Assembly: GCA_964016885.1 (NCBI GenBank)
Contig: OZ024740.1
Location: forward strand, 155,868,001 to 155,932,000
Length of the DNA: 64,000 bases
Direction of reading: 5' to 3'
Origin: Eledone cirrhosa
Lineage: Eukaryota
The position numbers and the translations under genes were made by a program. The notes under the pieces are model-generated. The model did no database searches, was not told where the DNA came from, and saw nothing but the letters and a program-made list of their open reading frames with translations. This document shows, piece by piece, positions 13,463-28,549 of this stretch. Each line of letters opens with the position of its first letter. Position 1 is the first letter of the stretch.

Positions 13463-13648
13463 TATACCCTTCTGCCAGATGGTTGAACGTACTAAGAGTG
13501 AGAAATGAAATTTCGTTTCATTCTTTTACAACTTATCGTTTTCGGTACGCCTGGTCGACTGAACTCACTCGATATGCAAATTAGGCTGCTCAAGTATAAC
13601 AATATTTGTTTCGACACACGATTTCATATCAAAAACCTCGCAAAACTA

Positions 13649-13809
<161 letters not shown>

Positions 13810-13813
13810 TATG

Positions 13814-13875
<62 letters not shown>

Positions 13876-14132
13876 TGTATATATTAGTTTTGCGAGGTTT
13901 TTGATATGAAATCGTGTGTCGAAACAAATATTCTTATACTTGGGGAAGGTCATATTTGTGTAATATTGCCAGAATTAATAACAGAATACACTCATTGTTT
14001 GGTTGGTTTTCGCTTTTCGCTTCTGTGTCCTTTATATCGGTAATCTAATTTATTCGGTCCTCAATGTTGCCATTGACTGACCAACGGTCAAAAATACAGA
14101 TAAAATATAGACACAAACACATATATATAGTT

Positions 14133-14176
14133 TATCAAAGTTCTTTCGTTGCACATCTGCAACATCGTCAGTGGTG
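14133..14176 (-). ncRNA. Minimal type I hammerhead ribozyme
   Basis: cacca-CTGACGA-t-gttgca-gatg-tgcaac-GAAA-gaac-TT-tgata. Stem I is imperfect. Confidence 0.65.
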
Positions 14177-14440
14177 CTATTGTTTCCTCCCGTTGCATTG
14201 TATTTTCTACGCCATCTTTATTTAGTCTGTTTATATATTTATTTATTTGTTTATTTTATTTTGTCTTCTTTGCGCATGCGTTTGGGTGTGTGTATAGTGT
14301 TTTGTTTGATGTGTGTTCGTGATTGGGTGGCTGTGTATTGGTTAATGTGTTCTATCTTTACAAGTGTGTGTTTATATGTGTTTGTTGTTATTGTGCTTGT
14401 GTATGTATTTATTTATTTATTTATTTATCTATTTATTTAT

Positions 14441-16264
14441 TTATACTTCTCTTAGGTCAGTGTTGTTTGTTTGGGTCTTGTTGTTATTCCATTCATTTTT
14501 TCTGTTTAGCCTTGGCCTTCTAAGTTCTATTTCACTGGCCTCTCTGATTTGCCTATCTGCTGGGTGATTTCTATGTTTAGATATTATTCTAATTTCTATG
14601 TTGTCTATGTTACCGTCGTGTTGTTGTCTGGCATGTTCGTATAGTACTGAACCGTTTTTTCGTCCTTTTAGTTCCCCCCGTGTTGGTCTATCCATTCAAC
14701 TATGCTACGAGCTGTCTCGCCTATGTATGTTGTTGTCATATTTCTGCAAGTACCCTCTGTACATCTTATGCTATAGACTACGTTTCTAGTTTTACAGTTT
14801 ATCCGGGGGTTTACTTTACATATAATACATTTCCTATTAGTAGAGTGGATTTTCTTAAAAGGGTAGGTTTTGCTGATCAGGGATATTATGGTAGTTCCTG
14901 GCTTTTCTACCACCTTAATCTTTAAGTGGGTCTTTCTCAGGGCCTTTCTATACTTGTTAGCTAATTTCCCTCCGGGAGTAGCGTCCACAAACATGACACT
15001 CTCGTATCTCTGGTTGTCGTACCATGAGGTGGCTTTCCCTATCTTATGTCTAGTCCTATCTAAGCTATTCCATGATTTGCTCCTGTATAATGGGCAAATT
15101 CCTTTCATGTCGTTCTATGAGGGTCTTATACTTCTCCGTGGCTCCTTCGTATACTCTGATTCTGTCTCTTTGGTTGTAGCCAGAGAACTGCATGCGGTTG
15201 ATGAAGTGTTGGATGCGTCTTTCCATTTCTGTTGCGTCGCACATGCGGGACACGTTCTTCATCACTCGTACCAAGTCTGCGATCAGAATATTAAACTTAG
15301 CACTACTAGACATTGCTGAGTTTTTGAGTATCAGGTATTTGGAGGCCATGGGTTTAGCATAGTGTGAGTGGAGATTTTGGGCTCTCTCGTCTATAGTGTT
15401 AATCCAGAGTTCCGTGTCTAATACAGGTAGTCTATTGTTAGGGTGTTTGGAAGGGTAGTCGATAGTTACAGTCATACTCTGGTGTATGGAATTAGCTATC
15501 TTCTGGATGCTTTCCATTGTGCTACGTTCTAAATCAAACTTGTTAGTACTCTCTTGTGGGGATGTCCTTATTACTATATTGATGTCGTCTACGTAACGAG
15601 AGTACATGATGAGGTCTATGGAGCTCTCATCAAGGAGATCTTTGAGTCTCCTTTCCCACCATACCATAAAAAGGTTGGCAACGTCACCAGCTATGCTGAC
15701 GCCAATGGCTGCTCACTCATTTTGGGTGTAGATCTTCTCGTTGAATTTGAATATGTGGCCCTTTAGGGTAGTTTTGATACTAGCCGCTATTGCATGTGCG
15801 ACCATTTTTCTTACCTGATCATTGTTTTGGGGGGTCCGTATAGTTTTGGTCCACCCAATCCACTTTCCCATGGGAGTCGTTTTTGCCATTGAGGTTATGG
15901 TGATGGTGGTGGTGGTGGTGGTGGTGGGGGGGGGGGGGAGTCTACCCCTTATGGGTCTACTGGGGCAGAAACGTCTAAGGTCATGGCTGTCTAGGTAGTC
16001 AGTGTCATAGGTAAGTCTAAGTAGGAGGCCCAGTTCGTCTGTGTCGACGTCGCAGAACTCCACCTCACTCTCAATGATCATCTTCACACATTTTTCCACA
16101 GCAAAATCAATGTTAATGGATGGGTACAGTGATACCACATCCATACTGCCTATTATGCAATTGGATAGGTTCCTGTTTTTGTTGCACTCACTGATTCTGC
16201 TGAGGAGGTCCTCTGTACTGTCACATACATCTGGGGACATCTTGATTATGGGGCGTATAACCAT
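14441..16264 (-). pseudogene. Disrupted PLE reverse transcriptase plus GIY-YIG endonuclease
   Basis: GSMDVVSLYPSI, YSRYVDDI, LPVLD, KPMAS, CxxC..C..RNVVYSIRC..YIGETARS and SVLYEHA occur across frameshifted ORFs. Confidence 0.9.
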
Positions 16265-16279
16265 TGAGATGAAGTAGGA

Positions 16280-18632
16280 GATCCTGTAGTTGCTAGCTAT
16301 ATTTGCTCCGCATACAGGTCTTGATCCGTGCGGATCGTGTTGGCAGAAGGAAGGGTGGAACTGCCATTTTCCTGCATGATTCCTTTACGGCAGATGGCAA
16401 CACAACATTCTCTAACGCATACTGTGAATCAGTCACTGTGCACAATAAAGCCAATGACCTGACATTAGTTGGGCTCTTTAGGCCGCCACAAACACGCATA
16501 ATCTGTTTCAAAGAATGCCTCAACAGTATTAAATGCTTTATTAAACAGTGCCATTCTAGCAACATACTTTTGATGGGAGACTTTAATCTACCCTGTGTCG
16601 ATTGGTCTACATGTAGTTTGAAACCAGGCTCCACAGTCTCAACCACTGACAAAGAGGCTGTCGAGTCACTTCTTGACTTCATAAATGAGTTTTTCTTGTC
16701 CCAACTTGTCCTTGCACCAAGGAGGCACCAGAAGAATATTCTGGATCTAGTGTTTAGTAACCACACTAACACTATACATAATATTACAGTGGAAAAAAAC
16801 CCTTCTCTCAGACCATGACATGGTTCTTTGTAACCTGAGATTCCACCAGCCGAAAGCTAATCCCAGGGTCCTCTTTCCAGCCCACCCATTTGATAACATG
16901 GATCTCTACAATGCCAACTGGGATGCAATTATGAACGAACTATCACATGTCGACTGGTCTTTTACACACGTACACACTTCCACCAACATCAAAACATCTT
17001 GGCAATCTTTGTAGACACTGTCACAAATATATGTACAAAACACACCCCACCAAAACCTGTGAAAAAATCCAAGTGCAGTATTCCCCAAAACAGAAAAACA
17101 ATTATCAGAAAAATAAAAAGAACAAACAAAAAAATTAACACACTAAAATACTGCCAACAGCAACACACACATTCAATGGCTATCAGCCTGCTTGAGTAAA
17201 AAAATATAACCTCCAGCAATGCATGATGACCATCATCAATAACCAGAGAGGTGGGCCATTGAGAAAATCAAACTCAATCCCAAAGTGTTCTTCTCATTCG
17301 CTAAAAAACACAAGGTCACCGTCTCCACTGTTGGCCCCCTAGTTGATGAAAATGGTACACTCCAGGACAATGCCAAAACCATGGGCGAGATACTGCAGAA
17401 ACAATACTGCTCTGTTTTCAGCAACCCTGATATGGCCGATCTGGGCCGTATCAGTGATATTAACCCCCAACACACTATATCAGACATAACGTTTGGCGCC
17501 CCTGATGTCTTAGCGGCAATAAACAAAATTAAACACAATTCAGCAGTAGGCCCCGACAGGTTCTTTGCTTGTGTTCTGAAGGTGTGTCGACACCAACTTG
17601 CAACTCCTCTTGCTAATCTGTGGAGGAACTCACTGGACACTGGCTATATTCCTGAAAACTTTCTGTCCCAGTCCGTTGTCCCAGTCTTCAAAAAGGGAAA
17701 TAAGTCCCTTGCAGTGAACTACCGTCCGATCTCACTCACCTCTCATATTATCAAGGTATTTGAGAGGGTGGTGAGATCACGAATAACGCACTTTCTTGAA
17801 AGCAACGGCCTGCTGAACTCCAACCAACATGGGTTCCGTAATGGAAGGGACTGCCTAACGCAGCTCCTGAATCACTTTGACGATGTTTTGAGAGCCTTGG
17901 GAGAGGGCTCCTACACTGATGTCATCTACCTTGATTTCAGGAAGGCCTTCGACAGGATTGATCATAAGATTCTACTGAAAAAACTATCCAATGTTGGTGT
18001 CTCTGGAAGGTTACTACAGTGGATCAAATGTTTCCTGACAGGCAGAACCCAGCATGTTGTAGTCGAAGGAGTAAAATCAAGCCCTGCCAAAGTCCGCAGT
18101 GGCGTCCCACAAGGCAGTGTGTTGGGCCCACTTCTTTTCATCATCTACATTAATGACATTACTGACATCATCAAACACAGTAACATCAGAATCTTCGCAG
18201 ATGATTCCAAGCTCCAAAGGGTCATCAATGAGGTGGGTGACCGGACTTGCCTTCAGTCAGACCTACTGGCTGTTATCCAATGGGCAGAGATGAATAATAT
18301 GCTGTTGAATGAGGATAAATTTGAACTAATCCACTTTGGAAAAAAGGATGCTCTGAAACTACCATACTCTCTTCCTTCGGGTGAAACTCTAGTGGCTTCC
18401 AATAACATCGGAGACCTGGGAGTAATTGTGGACAACAACATAAGCTGGGCCACTCATATAAACAGCAAAGTTGATATGGCCCGCAGAATGTGTTCCTGGA
18501 TTCTCAGAACTTTCCAGTCGAGAGATATACACACTGTTGTCCTACTCTTCTCCACTTTTGCCCGACCCCACCTTGAATAGTGTTGTCCACTGTGGTCACC
18601 CCACACGAAACAAAGTATCATGAAAGTTGAAG
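16280..18632 (+). mobile_element. Internal fragment of a CR1/L2-group LINE ORF2 (APE endonuclease plus RT), disrupted
   Basis: DR..RKGGG, LMGDFNLP, NILDLVFS, SDH (APE). YRPISLTS..KVFE, QHGFR, YLDFRKAFD, SGVPQGSVLGPLLF, FADDSK, RPHLE (RT, ORF 17285-18580). Confidence 0.9.
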
Positions 18633-19199
18633 CAGTTATTAGAACATTCCTCATTCTAAGTGTTGTTATTGTTGGAGTTAGCTTAGAAATTGATAAAATA
18701 GTAGAAGGGACAAGGTGTTAAACGAACAAAATAACAAAAAAAGTGTCAAACTTCCCATTGGTCAGTTCTGAAAGCATTCCTCAGTCAGAAGTCTATAGAA
18801 TTCTTTCTGGGGTGAGGCTCCCTGTAGTGTTTTTGCCTGCTATTGTTCAGTACATTTGACCTCCACCATTATTTTGGTACTGTTGTTGGTGTATTGGTCA
18901 GCTTATATCTTGCTGCTGCTAACAATTTAGCAGTATCCAGTTTGTGTTTTTTCTTCATCCCTCCCGCCACCATCGTAGTGGTGGTGGTGGTGGTGGTGGT
19001 GGTGGGGGTCTTCCATGTATATGAAGAAATATAAGGCAATAAATGAAAAAAACAGAAAATAAATAAATAATATAATAAAATAATTAATATAATTTGTGTA
19101 ATTTGAAAATAAATAAATAAATAGAGAATAAAGAATAAAGAATAAATGAGAGATTGGTGAAAAAGTAATGAAAATGCATATGGAGAAGTGAGAAATAAT

Positions 19200-19386
19200 T
19201 GTTTCTACTTTTAGCACAAGGCCAGCAATTACCCAGTACATTACTGGTACTTTATTTTATCGACCCCGTAAGGATGAAAGGCAAAGTTAACCTCGGCGGG
19301 ATTTGAACTCAGAATGGCAAGGGCAGTAACTCTATGCGTCAAAGCATGGCGTCCAACTCGCTACCGATACTGCCAATTCACCGCCC
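19200..19386 (-). mobile_element. tRNA-derived SINE with a 19-bp target site duplication
   Basis: TSD tggagaagtgagaaataat at 19181-19199 and 19387-19405. B box gagttcaaatccc on the minus strand. Confidence 0.9.
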
Positions 19387-19864
19387 TGGAGAAGTGAGAA
19401 ATAATGTAGGATAAAGTGTGTGTGTGTGTGCTATAACCAATCTCAAGGTCAGAATATGTTGGATAGATTGGTATGAGACAAGATGTTAAGATGAGATATT
19501 CAAACTCAATGTGTTTGTGTTATAATCTATCTCAACTTAAAATAAATATAAGGTGATACAGTGAAGAGGGCAGAAAACAAATAACAAATTAATAAAGAGA
19601 AATCAAGATTTAAGATTGGAACTTGAAAGTCAGAAACCTGGTAAATTAAAAGTGTTTGTGTTATAGATGTTGGCCAAATTATTATGGCTGTGTCCGATTC
19701 TATCTCTAGGCTATCATGGTGTCTGCTCTGCCAGGCTTGAGGGGAGTTCACAACCTAGGGTGTTGTTATTGCCCATATAGCTTGAGGGAGGTCTGGCCGA
19801 GAGGTGTTTTCATGTTCTGTAGAAGTCCCTATAGCTTGAGGGGAGTTCACATCTTCTTGTGTTG

Positions 19865-20270
19865 CTACTGTCCATATATCTTGAGAAAGGTCCCGGCTCT
19901 AAGGTGTCTGCATGTCCCGAAGAAGTCGGTTCTGAGGTTTATCAGGCCGCTTCCACCTCTTAGTATCTCGAGGGTCTCGTACAGGCATAGTTTGCATATG
20001 CAAGATCCCCCTTTCTCGGGTGGTACTTTCCTGATTATGTACCAGGCCAGAGAGTATGGGGTCCTGTCCAGCTTAAGCTTCCAGATCAGATCGGAGAGAG
20101 CTGTGCTTTTCCTTTTGGCCTCCTTCTTGAATGAATGGCGATGGTTGTACCAGCGGTCCTTAAAGCTCGTTGATGTGGCTCCTATGTAGAGGTGTTCGGA
20201 GTTGGGGGTTTTAACCCTACAACCGTACACTAGGTTCTTCTTGAGACATTCATTAACAAGAGGGCATGAT
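19865..20270 (-). pseudogene. Inverted copy of the Naiad GIY-YIG domain
   Basis: CPL.NECL..NLVY.C.V..YIGAT..FKDRWYNH..SF..STALS..IW.LK..C.LCLYE..LIN.R..GTCRH. Confidence 0.9.
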
Positions 20271-20987
20271 TCACCAATCATTACCAAGAGGGCATGATTC
20301 ACCAATCTCTCATTTATTCTTTATTCTTTATTCTCTATTTATTTATTTATTTTCAAATTACACAAATTATATTAATTATTTTATTATATTATTTATTTAT
20401 TTTCTGTTTTCTTCATTTATTGCCTTATATTTCTTCATATACATGGAAGAACCCCCCTCCCACCACCACTACGATGGTGGCGGGAGGGATGGAGAAAAAA
20501 CACAAACTGGATACTGCTAAATTGTTAGCAGCAGCAGCAAGATATAAGCTGACCACTACACCAACAACAGTACCAAAATAATGGTGGAGGTCAAATGTAC
20601 TGAACAATAGCAGGCAAAAACACTACAGGGAGCCTCACCCCAGAAAGAATTCTATAGACTTCTGACTGAGGAATGCTTTCAGAACTGACCAATGGGAAGT
20701 TTGACACTTTTTTTGTTATTTTGTTCGTTTAACACCTTGTCCCTTCTACTATTTTATCAATTTCTAAGCTAACTCCAATAATAACAACACTTAGAATGAG
20801 GAATGTTCTAATAACTGACCAATGAGAGGAGAAGGGGACCTTTGACACTGAAATTCGTTTGTTTGAATTCATATGACTCCAGTTCCTCAGTGAATTAACA
20901 ACCCAACAAGGAACTGGGCATATCAGAGTATTGACAATATTATACACCTAAACAACATATGTACTTGTCTATACCATACTAATTCAA

Positions 20988-21042
20988 ACTGCCTGAAGAG
21001 GTCACAGCCAAAGATGGCTGTCACTGAAATATATATAGCAGT
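20988..21042 (+). ncRNA. Minimal type I hammerhead in the 5' pseudo-LTR
   Basis: actgc-CTGAAGA-g-gtcacagcca-aaga-tggctgtcac-t-GAAA-tatata-TA-gcagt, then AATAAA. Confidence 0.85.
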
Positions 21043-21244
21043 AATAAACGAAGCTAAATTTTAATCATTTGACTTTTATTTAACTTTATTTTACACTACT
21101 CCGGAGTAACCAAACCAACCTGCGCACTTCGTCGAGTGCTCCAGCCTGCATACTGAGGTGTTGGTATACAACCAACATAAACTCAAAATCTATCTAGCTC
21201 CCACACGGGTTGAGCGCTTCAAACAGTAGCGGACCTAAGTCACT

Positions 21245-23891
21245 ATGGATAAACTGGCAACCTTAGCGTCACTGAAGGACATCCCCCTACCTGATAAACG
21301 AGAATACACCAGTGATCTCATCAAGAGTACGGACTCCCTCATCCGCAGGATGAGATGGAAGGCGTTCCACTTCGAAAGAGGAACGCAGAAAACTACCAAC
21401 ACAGAAAACATGGAGTACCTTTTTCGATCAAGGAGAAATCCCCCCCACAACAGACTAATGGAGGAGTTTGAAAACGAGATGATTAACATCATATCCAACC
21501 TCAAATTCTCCGGAAACCCAACCAGAAGTCAGGAGTACCTCAGACACCTGAGAAACCGGATTACAGAACTTAAAGGGACAACTGGAATACTTGTCCATGC
21601 TGACAAAACAAACAACCTCTACAACATGAACACTGAACTGTACAATAAGCTAATCCTCAGGGAACTGAGGAAGTGCTACAAAAAAAACACCTGGATTTAC
21701 CCTGGATGAGATCAATGCCACAGCTTACAGGATTATATCCAGAATCGGCATAGAGGACAGGACGGCCCCATACCAACCAAGGGAGCCGCGGATTACCCTT
21801 AAAGACCACAAGTCAAACTTTGAGTCCGACCTCCCTGTCAGACTAATAGCCCCCTCCAGATCTGACCTAGGGATCGTCAGTAAAAGAATACTGGATAGGA
21901 TTTTGCCCAAGCTTCGGAAGAAAACCAAATTACAGCAATGGTCATGCACGAGAGAAGTAATAGAATGATTCAAAATACTGCATGAGAAAAGTAGGACCAG
22001 CTTTATACAACTGGACATCGCAAGCTACTACTCCTCAATCTCACCCATAGTACTTAATAAGGCCCTATTTTTAGCGATGTCCAATACGAACCTAACCCGA
22101 GAGGAGGTGAGCATCATCCACGCCGCAAGAAAGACCTTAATCCGCTTCGATGGGGACCTTTGGACCAGGAGTGATTGGCCAAATAACTTTGACATCACGA
22201 TGGGCTCCAGCGACTCAGCGCAGGTAACGGACCTGGTTGGGCTCTACCTGCTGAAGCAGATAAAAGATGAAATCCCCTGCCTGGGCGGCGGATTATACCG
22301 TGACGATGCTCTATTCACAGTACATGACCACAGCACCAATATGTTGGAGGGTATGAGGAGGCGTATTCGCCATTTCTTTAAGAACTAGGGGCTCAGCATA
22401 GAAATAGACCCAAATAGGAAGGTAGTTAACTTCCTAGACACCACCCTAAACCTGAACACCGAGCAATACTACCCCTACCACAAGCCCAACGAGAAACTCG
22501 TATATGTTAACGCCAAATCAAACCACCCTAGATCCATAACCAAGGCAGTGGTGAAGAGCGTCTCGGACAGGATCTCCAGCCTGTCCGCAAGTAAGGAAAT
22601 ATTCAACAACCACGCGGAATATTACAACGCAGCTCTAAAGAAGGCGGCACATGGACAAAATATAACATATAGTCCGAAAAGCCGGGAGGTGGATAGCCCA
22701 GCAGACACCCACAACCGCGTTGCCAGAGGGGGGAGGGCGAACCCTAACAATACAGGCAGAGAAGAATCAAATAGGCACCATGTACCAGACACCACCACAC
22801 GGGCGGTGGGGACTAGTGCGCTTGACCACGAGATGGAGCACAATATGAGTAGCAGTCTCGGGCGTGACGCTAAATACCCCAGGACGGACGACCCCAACCG
22901 CAGGACACGTGGGTGGGGGGGAGGAGGAAACGGGCGACCACCCCACGATGGATCTCCCGGGGCGGACAACAACCACCCCACAAATCCGGGCCGCGAAGAT
23001 AACAAAAAGTATAGAGCCCAAAAGGGAAGCAACAGTGCGGAAACCACCAGCAACCCAACAAATCTCCAACAAATCACGAAGCCCCCGAACCACACATATA
23101 GGAGGAGACACCGAAAAATCACGTGGTACAACCCACCCTACTCAGCGGCCCTAAAGAAAAGCTTGGCCCGATTATTTTTTGGAGCACTTGACAAATACTT
23201 CCCGAGGGACCACAGATACCACAGGATCTTCAACAGACACACTGTGAAGCTTTCGTATTCCACCACGAGAAATTTGGCCCCACACATTGCTAGCATCAAC
23301 AGAAGTAGGCTTAAAAACCACACACAACCAGAAGATGGCAATACAAACACTCAGCAGAACCATGAGAAAGGAGGGAAGGGGGGACCCAGAGCCCACCCAA
23401 GAAACACAAACAGACCCAAGGACCCCCCACCGAGCATGGGGGAGGACTAACATGTAACACATAATGAGAACCCTAATCTAGGCAGGCAGAGGCCGACCAC
23501 CCTCTGCAACTGCAGAAACCCCGAATCATGCCCTCTTGGTAATGAATGTCTCAAGAAGAACCTAGTGTAGGGTCGTAGGGTTAAAACCCCCAACTCCGAA
23601 CACCTCTACATAGGAGCCACATCAACGAGCTTTAAGGACCGCTGGTACAACCATCGCCATTCATTCAAGAAGGAGGCCAAAAGGAAAAGCACAGCTCTCT
23701 CCGACCTGATCTGGAAGCTTAAGCTGGACAGGACCCCATACTCTCTGGCCTGGTACATAATCAGGAAAGTACCACCCGATAAAGGGGGATCTTGCATATG
23801 CAAACTATGCCTGTACGAGACCCTCGAGATACTAAGAGGTGGAAGCGGCCTGATAAACCTCAGAACCAACTTTTCGGGACATGCAGACACC
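21245..23891 (+). pseudogene. Naiad-type PLE polyprotein (RT, Cys-rich linker, GIY-YIG) with frameshifts and stops
   Basis: [96 protein letters not shown]. Confidence 0.92.
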
Positions 23892-24501
23892 TTATTTTAT
23901 TATATTATTTATTTATTTTCTGTTTTCTTCATTTATTGCCTTATATATCTTCATATACATGGAAGACCCCCCCCCCCCACTACCACTACGATGGTGGCGG
24001 GAGGGATGAAGAAAAAACACAAACTGGATACTGCTAAATTGTTAGCAGCAGCAAGATATAAGCTGACCACTACACCAACAACAGTACCAAAATAATGGTG
24101 GAGGTCAAATGTACTGAACAATAGCAGGTAAAAACACTACAGGGAGCCTCACCCCAGAAATAATTCTATAGACTTCTGACTGAGGAATGCTTTCAGAACT
24201 GACCAATGGGAAGTTTGACACTTTTTTTGTTATTTTGTTCGTTTAACACCTTGTCCCTTCTACTATTTTATCAATTTCTAAGCTAACTCCAACAATAACA
24301 ACACTTAGAATGAGGAATGTTCTAATAACTGACCAATGAGAGGAGAAGGGGACCTTTGACACTGAAATTCGTTTGTTTGAATTCATATGACTCCAGTTCC
24401 TCAGTGAATTAACAACCCAACAAGGAACTGGGCATATCAGAGTATTGACAATATTATACACCTAAACAACATATGTACTTGTCTATACCATACTAATTCA
24501 A

Positions 24502-24556
24502 ACTGCCTGAAGAGGTCACAGCCAAAGATGGCTGTCACTGAAATATATATAGCAGT
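24502..24556 (+). ncRNA. Minimal type I hammerhead in the 3' pseudo-LTR
   Basis: Identical to 20988-21042. Confidence 0.85.
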
Positions 24557-24698
24557 AATAAACGAAGCTAAATTTTAATCATTTGACTTTTATTTAACTT
24601 TATTTTACACTACTCCGGAGTAACCAAACCAACCTGCGCACTTCGTCGAGTGCTCCAGCCTGCATACTAAGGTGTTGGTATACAACCAACATAAACTC

Positions 24699-24768
<70 letters not shown>

Positions 24769-24791
24769 ATATATAATATATATATATATAT

Positions 24792-24952
<161 letters not shown>

Positions 24953-24995
24953 CACACATATATATATATATACACACACATATATATATATATCG

Positions 24996-25696
24996 CGCCT
25001 TACGCGAATTCTGGTCCCAATAACTTTTTTAGTTATTGCTCGCACCAACCTGAGGTATCTGATTTTTAATGCGATGAAATACCAATGATGGTTGGAAAAC
25101 CACTGACGAAGGACTATTTTTATCATATGTAACCCATGTGCAAACCACGCAGTATTCTTCTTTCTTCTCATGTTTTTTATATATATTTACCTCGGCTGCG
25201 TTTGTCTGTTTCTCTCTTACTGCTTCCCCGCTCTCTCTGTTTCTCTCACCTTCTTTCGCCCCTCTGCCAGTTACACTTTCTCTCGACTGACCTCTTCCTC
25301 ACACTTCCACTCACTCACTCTCTGTTTCTGCCCTTCTCACTTCCTGCCGTTTGGCTTGTGTGGGTCTCTTCTTGCTCACATCTCACACACATCAACACGG
25401 TCTGTACCCCTCTCGCTCATGAAATCCACCCAGCTTATGCTGACCGGAAAAACCATGTTGCTTGTTTATTTTCCTATCTTCGGTTTGCTTTTATCCTTCT
25501 ATGTTGTTTACTTGTCCCCCTCGCCTTACGCGAATTTTGGTCCCAATAACTTTTGTTACTTATTGCTCGCACCAACCTGAGGTATATGATTTTTAATGCG
25601 ATGAAATACCAATGATGGTTGGAAAATCACTGACGAAGGACTATTTTTATCATATGTAACCCATGTGCAAACCACGCAGTATTCTTCTTTCTTCTC

Positions 25697-25705
<9 letters not shown>
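24996..25705 (+). repeat. 1.35 x 526 bp non-coding unit between (TA)n tracts, with a partial HHR core
   Basis: 24996-25180 is repeated at 25522-25705. CTGACGA at 25103 and 25630 has no clear GAAA partner. A related inverted fragment lies at 49494-49572. Confidence 0.6.
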
Positions 25706-26635
<930 letters not shown>

Positions 26636-26779
26636 GTTAAAATACTGGAGCGTGTTGGAGTTAAACACCCTCTTCGTATTATAGAAATGACAGTAAAAGG
26701 TATAGCTCAATGTAGTTAAACAGAGCCGAAGAATTAAGAAAGTAAAACAAAGAAGCCTTCAATACATCAAAAGTCTTTA

Positions 26780-26820
26780 TTAGCCGACAATGTTTCGTCC
26801 TATTAATGACTCATCAGAGC
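26780..26820 (-). ncRNA. Type I hammerhead (inverted copy)
   Basis: gct-CTGATGA-gtcat-taat-aggac-GAAA-cattg-TC-ggc. Confidence 0.75.
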
Positions 26821-27931
26821 ATTTCCTTAGTTTTTACTTAACTGCATGTGAACCTAAATGTATACTTTTGTTTTTGTTTTTTAATTTCCGGTTGATTCTA
26901 TTTATTTATTTTATTCTATATTTTATATTTTATATTTTATTTGTAATACTACTGTGCATTATATTTACTGTCTGGCCCTTACTCACTCATCCACATACAT
27001 GTCTGTTTACCAACCTTGTAATTATAAGTAATTATATATTATATTATGTTAATTATTTTATATAATATATTATATTATATTGTATTTGTTATTGTAATAT
27101 CGATCCTTATCACTTACCGTTAATTATATGTAACATTATGATATGTTAAACTTTATATATCATGTAAGATGTTTATATATTTTTTTGTACCATCATAATT
27201 TTTGTGTATTGTACAATTTATTTTTCCTCACGTACTCTGTAACTCTATATGAATTGATTTGTTAACTTGAATGCCATTATATATTGTATATTATAAATGT
27301 TAGTATATTATTATTATTATAGTATTATTGCGACATCTATATTGTTTGTGTAAATTAACCGGAGATTATCTATTCTATTATATTATATTATATAGTATAT
27401 AATTGTATAGTTTATTATTTATTATATGTGCTACTTATAATAATATCATATTATTACCTCATGTATATTGGGTATATGTATTATTATTATTATTATTATT
27501 ATTTTCATTCCTATCATGCTTATTTATATTTAAACTCTTAATAAGGTTTAATTTGTGCAGTTGAAGATGGATATGTGTATTGATGTATGTGTATGTGTGC
27601 GTACGTGTGCGTACATATATACATATGTATATTCTACCTTTTAATGTTTATTGTAATTTTAATATTGGTAAAGGTATATTATATTATATTACATTGTATT
27701 ATATATAATTCCTGCTCTATATAACCACCTTTGTTTAGCTCTAGGGTTTTTTTTGCTTTGGACTATATTTGTAATATGGTTCTTAATGTTATACACCTCC
27801 TTAGTAATTTTTATTATATATTTTTATTATATATTTTTACCCATAATCTTGCAATACTTTAGTGTATGTACACTCCATATTCTTCGGAGTTTCCGGCTTG
27901 TATTGGCCGATAATACTTCTTGTTGTTTTAA

Positions 27932-27974
27932 TTGCCCTGATGAGTCCTTAATAGGACGAAACATTGTCGGCTAA
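27932..27974 (+). ncRNA. Minimal type I hammerhead ribozyme
   Basis: gcc-CTGATGA-gtcct-taat-aggac-GAAA-cattg-TC-ggc, then AATAAA. Confidence 0.85.
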
Positions 27975-28020
27975 TAAAGACTTTTGATGTATTGATGGCT
28001 TCTTTGTTTACTTATATATA

Positions 28021-28549
28021 GAGATTTTGAGTTTATGTTGGTTGTATACCAACACCTCAGTATGCAGGCTGGCGCACTCGACGAAGTGCGCAGGTTCGTT
28101 TGGTTACTCCGGAGTAGTGTAAAATAAAGTTAAATAAAAGTCAAATGATTAAAATTTAGCTTCGTTTATTACTGCTATATATATTTCAGTGACAGCCATC
28201 TTTGGCTGTGACCTCTTCAGGCAGTTTGAATTAGTATGGTATAGACAAGTACATATGTTGTTTAGGTGTATAATATTGTCAATACTCTGATATGCCCAGT
28301 TCCTTGTTGGGTTGTTAATTCACCGAGGAACTGGTATGACTCCAGTTCCTCAGTGAATTAACAACCCAACAAGGAACTGGGCATATCAGAGTATTGACAA
28401 TATTATACACCTAAACAACATATGTACTTGTCTATACCATACTAATTCAAACTGCCTGAAGAGGTCACAGCCAAAGATGGCTGTCACTGAAATATATATA
28501 ACAGTAATAAACGAAGCTAAATTTTAATCATTTGACTTTTATTTAACTT

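Larger units (their letters stand above)
12633..13590 (-). mobile_element. Second locus of the 466-bp HHR family: 1.8 x ~481 bp units plus an inverted segment
   Basis: Unit starts at 12633 and 13114. HHRs at 12953-12993 and 13422-13462. Segment 13489-13590 is inverted. Confidence 0.8.
13883..16275 (-). mobile_element. 5'-truncated Penelope-like retroelement (YVDD type) with a 3' HHR
   Basis: Collinear RT and GIY-YIG fragments, a 3' UTR and an HHR at 14133-14176. The terminal ~60 bp is repeated inverted at 13591-13650 across a (TA)n tract. Confidence 0.85.
18633..24702 (+). mobile_element. Near full-length Naiad-type Penelope-like element: inverted 3' part (18633-20270), pseudo-LTR (~20300-21190), ORF and pseudo-LTR (~23892-24702)
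   Basis: Direct repeats containing an HHR and AATAAA flank an RT-GIY-YIG ORF. An upstream inverted copy of the endonuclease and 3' UTR gives the classic PLE architecture. Confidence 0.9.

Noticed and set aside
21966-21968. In-frame TGA in the Naiad ORF as possible selenocysteine (some Naiads encode selenoproteins)
   Set aside because: It falls at a Trp-type position (VIE*F), consistent with a TGG to TGA mutation. The ORF also has TAG/TAA stops and a frameshift, the conserved Cys codons are normal, and no SECIS was recognised.
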